Assembly: GCF_900083515.1 (NCBI RefSeq)
Contig: NZ_LT671858.1
Span: 30,001 to 62,000 of the forward strand
Source of the DNA: Cuniculiplasma divulgatum
GTDB lineage: Archaea; Thermoplasmatota; Thermoplasmata; Thermoplasmatales; Thermoplasmataceae
DNA: 32,000 nt
Reading direction: 5' to 3'
This document shows positions 29,328 to 32,000 of the stretch, piece by piece. The notes beneath the pieces are model-generated. The model was not told where the DNA came from, made no database searches, and was given only the letters and a program-made list of their open reading frames with translations. Position 1 is the stretch's first letter. Each line of letters starts with the position of its first letter. The position numbers and the translations under genes were made by a program.

Positions 29328-31103
29328 ATGGATAAATATTTGAAAAGCCCAAGTCAAATTATGCGAGAAATGGGCTTTTCTGAACTTATCAATGCACGAA
29401 AGGTTCTATCCAGACCCATAATCGAATTGCCCTTAAAGAACGAGGAAAGGCTATTTTATCATCCAGAGAAAAGGCTCAAGAGATTCTCTGGCCGTACTGC
29501 TATTGCTTATGCCATCATACCCGACAGTGAGAGGGGGAAGTTCAGGAGAGAAGAGTGCTCTCCCAAGGTCTCATCTCTCAGAGATTATGTGATTCATAAG
29601 GGAAACAGGAACGTATCAATAACAGGAGTGTCAGGACAGGGGAAAAGCTATCTGACCACGCATCTTATATCCATATTCAGCGACAAGGAGACGATCATAT
29701 TCTCATTCAAGCCCAATGACCATGAACTGCATCTCGGAATTCCAGTGATAGATGCAAAAGAGTGTTTGCCAAATCCCTTCAGGGACGTGAATGCTTTTTC
29801 AGAGGCTTATATGACGGCTTTCTTTGGAGAGAAGACGTCATCAGGCATACAGCTGCAGCAGACTCCTGGATTTCTGCAGGAGATCGCTTCTGAAAGCGAC
29901 ACCTGGAAAGACTTCATGAAAAGCCTCTCTGAAAGAAAGAGAACTGCGTCAAAGAATCAGGTTGAGGCCCTGAATGCCATAGAGCAGAACGTGAAGACCC
30001 TCGTTATTGAGGACATGGATAGCGTCACTCTGAACAATGGGAGCATTGTCTTTGACTTCTCTTCACTGCCGACAAAGCAAGCCCAGAATTTCTATGCCGA
30101 GCTTATGCTGAGGCAAATATACAGGGAAATGGAGGAGCGCAAGAGGGAAGACGTTCTTGTACTCATAGACGAAGCTCATAGACTCACCAAGTCATATCAT
30201 ACAATCCTTGACATCATGTCCAGGGAGATAAGGGACAAGGGAATGCTTTGGATTATTACGCAAAATCTCATCGACATACTACCTGAAATGAGGGCAAACT
30301 TCGGAACAAAGTTCACCTTCAGACTTGGTGATGCCGATCTAAACATGCTGTCATACAATCCGCTGATGAGATTTGCCGTTGAGATACTACAGCCAAGGCA
30401 GTTCATAGACATAGAGTTCCCGGAAGGCTCATCATTTTCGCCGGTATTCACATACGTTTCGAATGGCTTGGAGCACAAGGAAACACAAAAGGTCGCGGCG
30501 GAGGTATCGGAGCCAAAGAGGGAAGTGGGAGTCGGAGGGAGAGGGGAGATCATCGACTTCAGGAGGGAGGCCCAGGAAATCCTCAGCGAGAAGATGTCTT
30601 ATGCAACAGAAATGGGAAAGATAATCGCAGAGAAGTATGGTATCACGAAGGATCAGGCAAAACTCAAGCTGAAATCTGCTCTTGAAGAACTCAAGAACAA
30701 CAACGAAGTTGGTAGGGTGAAGTATCTCAGGGAAGGAAAGCCAATAGTTATGTATTATTCCAGGAATCCGAATCTGTCGAATCTGCATACAGGAATGCAG
30801 AGCCAGGTGGTGGGAATCCTGAATGATCTCGGTGTAACTATAAACAGGATATCCACCACGGGAGAAAGGAGTGCATTTGACATCGAAACAGACTTCTTCA
30901 TGATCGAGATTGAAACGGGCTTGAAACACAGCATGGAAGACCTGAAAGACAGAATAAAGAGCACCAACCTGAGAGTGATCATTATTGTACCGAACAAGGA
31001 ACTAATGGAGAAGTATATAGGATTAGAAGAGAACGTAATTGTTGCTACCATTGACTCCTTCAAGGTCCTTCTTGAAGAGCCTCAAAAAAATAGAGGCTCA
31101 TAA
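29328..31103 (+). CDS. HerA/FtsK/VirB4-superfamily P-loop ATPase fused to a C-terminal wHTH and restriction-endonuclease-like (Hjc/Mrr-like) module
   Basis: 591 aa. Walker A is GVSGQGKS (nt 29625-29648) and Walker B is VLVLIDEAH (30153-30179). REIRDKGMLWIITQNL...FRLGD resembles the Arg-finger/sensor region of DUF87/HerA-type ATPases. Residues about 410-478 look like a wHTH. Residues about 483-560 follow the pattern seen in Hjc-type nucleases. Confidence 0.8.
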   Translation: MDKYLKSPSQIMREMGFSELINARKVLSRPIIELPLKNEERLFYHPEKRLKRFSGRTAIAYAIIPDSERGKFRREECSPKVSSLRDYVIHKGNRNVSITGVSGQGKSYLTTHLISIFSDKETIIFSFKPNDHELHLGIPVIDAKECLPNPFRDVNAFSEAYMTAFFGEKTSSGIQLQQTPGFLQEIASESDTWKDFMKSLSERKRTASKNQVEALNAIEQNVKTLVIEDMDSVTLNNGSIVFDFSSLPTKQAQNFYAELMLRQIYREMEERKREDVLVLIDEAHRLTKSYHTILDIMSREIRDKGMLWIITQNLIDILPEMRANFGTKFTFRLGDADLNMLSYNPLMRFAVEILQPRQFIDIEFPEGSSFSPVFTYVSNGLEHKETQKVAAEVSEPKREVGVGGRGEIIDFRREAQEILSEKMSYATEMGKIIAEKYGITKDQAKLKLKSALEELKNNNEVGRVKYLREGKPIVMYYSRNPNLSNLHTGMQSQVVGILNDLGVTINRISTTGERSAFDIETDFFMIEIETGLKHSMEDLKDRIKSTNLRVIIIVPNKELMEKYIGLEENVIVATIDSFKVLLEEPQKNRGS

Positions 31104-31244
31104 ATGAAGCATGAAGAGGATTGCCAAGACTATAACGAATGCGATACCTGCTTTGACTAGACTCTTGAAAATGACGAATAGGATGAAGAACACAATCAGT
31201 GCTCCCCCAATAGAGGCTTCAATCGGTGAAATTGGAACTGCCAC
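31098..31244 (-). CDS. possible 48-aa two-helix hydrophobic protein
   Basis: My own translation from GTG (complement of 31242-31244): MAVPISPIEASIGGALIVFFILFVIFKSLVKAGIAFVIVLAILFMLHL. Its stop TGA (complement of 31098-31100) abuts the ATPase stop codon. It is below the track cutoff. Confidence 0.25.
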   Translation of the reverse strand: MAVPISPIEASIGGALIVFFILFVIFKSLVKAGIAFVIVLAILFMLHL

Positions 31245-31291
31245 ATGGGTTGCGCGCAATATTTAAACCTGAACTTGCATGAGAATGAACA

Positions 31292-31519
31292 ATGAACTGG
31301 AAGCTGACATCCATTCTTGTGATTGTTGTCGTGGCATTCATATTCTTAGTTCCTGTAGTTCCCGCTGTTGGATTATTACCCGGTGTTGCCCAAATCCAGA
31401 ACCATCCAGTATATTTCCACTATTACAAATCGATAAGCGGTGTATTCACTCCATTCGGGACAAGCTTCTATGGGAAATACTACTTCCATCCGTTTCCGTT
31501 TTGGGGTACTTATGCTTAA
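31292..31519 (+). CDS. small secreted/membrane-anchored protein, aromatic-rich C-terminus
   Basis: 75 aa with an N-terminal hydrophobic helix (LTSILVIVVVAFIFLVPVVPAV). The TATA-like AATATTTAAA at 31258-31267 lies about 27 nt upstream of this ATG, which fits a leaderless mRNA. This favours it over the overlapping 31279..31584 frame. Confidence 0.4.
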   Translation: MNWKLTSILVIVVVAFIFLVPVVPAVGLLPGVAQIQNHPVYFHYYKSISGVFTPFGTSFYGKYYFHPFPFWGTYA

Positions 31520-31570
31520 CAGTGATTATCGGCAATAGACCGGCAAGCCCTATTTTTTCAATTTTTGAAA

Positions 31571-31620
31571 ACGTTAACCACTAACCGTTACTCCAAGCAG
31601 GTTAACCATAAACTTATAAC
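31571..31620. promoter_or_regulatory. parA upstream region: GTTAACC, TAACCGTTAC and GGTTAACC motifs followed by a TATA-like TTATAA
   Basis: Read directly: GTTAACC at 31573-31579, TAACCGTTAC at 31582-31591, GGTTAACC at 31600-31607, TTATAA at about 31614-31619, with the parA ATG at 31643. This is candidate operator/centromere-like DNA. Confidence 0.35.
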
Positions 31621-31642
31621 CCTTTCCAGACAAGTTTGATTG

Positions 31643-32000
31643 ATGATCATCGCCATCGCTAACCAGAAAGGAGGTTGCGGAAAGACAACCACCGCAGCGA
31701 ATCTTGGAGCGTTGCTATCGAAGAAACACAGAGTGCTTCTGATTGACATCGACCCGCAGGGAAATCTCACCACTCATTTTGGAATCAACAAGGCAGATCA
31801 AAAGCGCACAATATACGATGTAATGTTAAATGGCAGGATTGAGGAATCAATAATCCGAAAGGACGGGATCGACATCGTACCAAGCACCATCGACCTTGCA
31901 GGTGCGGAGGTTGAGCTAACAGGAAGGATTGGCCGCGAGTACATTCTGGATAATGAACTCAAGAGGATTGCCAGGAAATACGACTTTGTAATCATAGATA
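31643..32000 (+). CDS. parA: ParA/Soj-family partition ATPase (N-terminal 119 aa; continues beyond the window)
   Basis: My own translation: MIIAIANQKGGCGKTTTAANLGALLSKKHRVLLIDIDPQGNLT...DFVIID. It shows the deviant Walker A KGGxGKT and the DxDPQ motif. It is absent from the track because no stop lies in the window. Confidence 0.9.
   Translation, partial: MIIAIANQKGGCGKTTTAANLGALLSKKHRVLLIDIDPQGNLTTHFGINKADQKRTIYDVMLNGRIEESIIRKDGIDIVPSTIDLAGAEVELTGRIGREYILDNELKRIARKYDFVIID

Larger units (their letters stand above)
26324..32000. mobile_element. integrated plasmid/ICE-like element inserted at the 3' side of tRNA-Ala; right boundary lies outside the window
   Basis: A tyrosine integrase starts 50 bp after the tRNA 3' end in the same orientation. 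It is followed only by orphan, membrane, HerA/FtsK-like ATPase and ParA genes, with element-specific repeated motifs. No second copy of the tRNA 3' segment was found up to 32000 by eye. Confidence 0.7.

Noticed and set aside
29770-29777. CAAATCCC match to the tRNA-Ala T-arm, considered as a possible attR.
   Set aside because: Only 8 nt match. It lies inside the ATPase coding sequence and diverges immediately, which is compatible with chance. The real attR is presumably beyond 32000.
31279-31584. 101-aa Cys-rich ORF overlapping the 75-aa ORF.
   Set aside because: Its ATG lies only about 15 nt from the TATA-like box, so it is probably upstream of the transcription start. The 31292 frame has a convincing hydrophobic N-terminal helix. 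This rejection is low-confidence.
31588-31995. Two minus-strand ORFs (31588-31773 and 31798-31995).
   Set aside because: They are antisense to an unmistakable ParA N-terminus (KGGCGKTT, IDIDPQGN) that the track missed because it has no stop in the window.
1-32000. CRISPR arrays, rRNA genes, IS elements with terminal inverted repeats, tandem repeats.
   Set aside because: No regularly spaced direct repeats and no long GC-rich structured non-coding stretches were seen. All intergenic regions are short (under 270 bp) and AT-rich, consistent with promoters and terminators.

Overview
The window looks like a low-GC euryarchaeal chromosome segment. PolD, an A-type ATPase, IPK with type-2 IDI, archaeal OGG and ZPR1 support this; a Thermoplasmata-like origin is only my inference. 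All product calls come from motif recognition in the supplied translations, and no database search was possible. Positions 1-26250 are densely packed core genes: pyrG, PolD large subunit, a GPN-loop GTPase, a PadR/unknown/MFS operon, Fe/Mn superoxide dismutase, a two-HKD PLD-family protein and OGG. They also include a complete A1Ao ATP synthase operon in the order K-E-C-F-A-B-D-(tiny ORF)-H-I, an orphan protein, a class I/II aminotransferase, an orphan CoxII-like cupredoxin, an SDR epimerase, ZPR1, type-2 IDI and isopentenyl phosphate kinase. At 26252-26323 an intact tRNA-Ala(UGC) is followed 50 bp later by a tyrosine integrase. At least 5.6 kb of plasmid/ICE-like accessory DNA then runs off the right edge. 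It carries a divergent zinc-ribbon protein; an SD-coupled operon (small soluble protein, polytopic membrane protein, 591-aa HerA/FtsK/VirB4-like ATPase with a C-terminal wHTH plus nuclease-like module); small hydrophobic ORFs; and a partial parA. The 8-mer AACCGTTA and related GTTAACC palindromes recur in this element, with a cluster just upstream of parA. The best candidate for an undescribed system is the membrane-protein / ATPase-nuclease operon at 28554-31103. No CRISPR array, rRNA, IS element or intein was seen.
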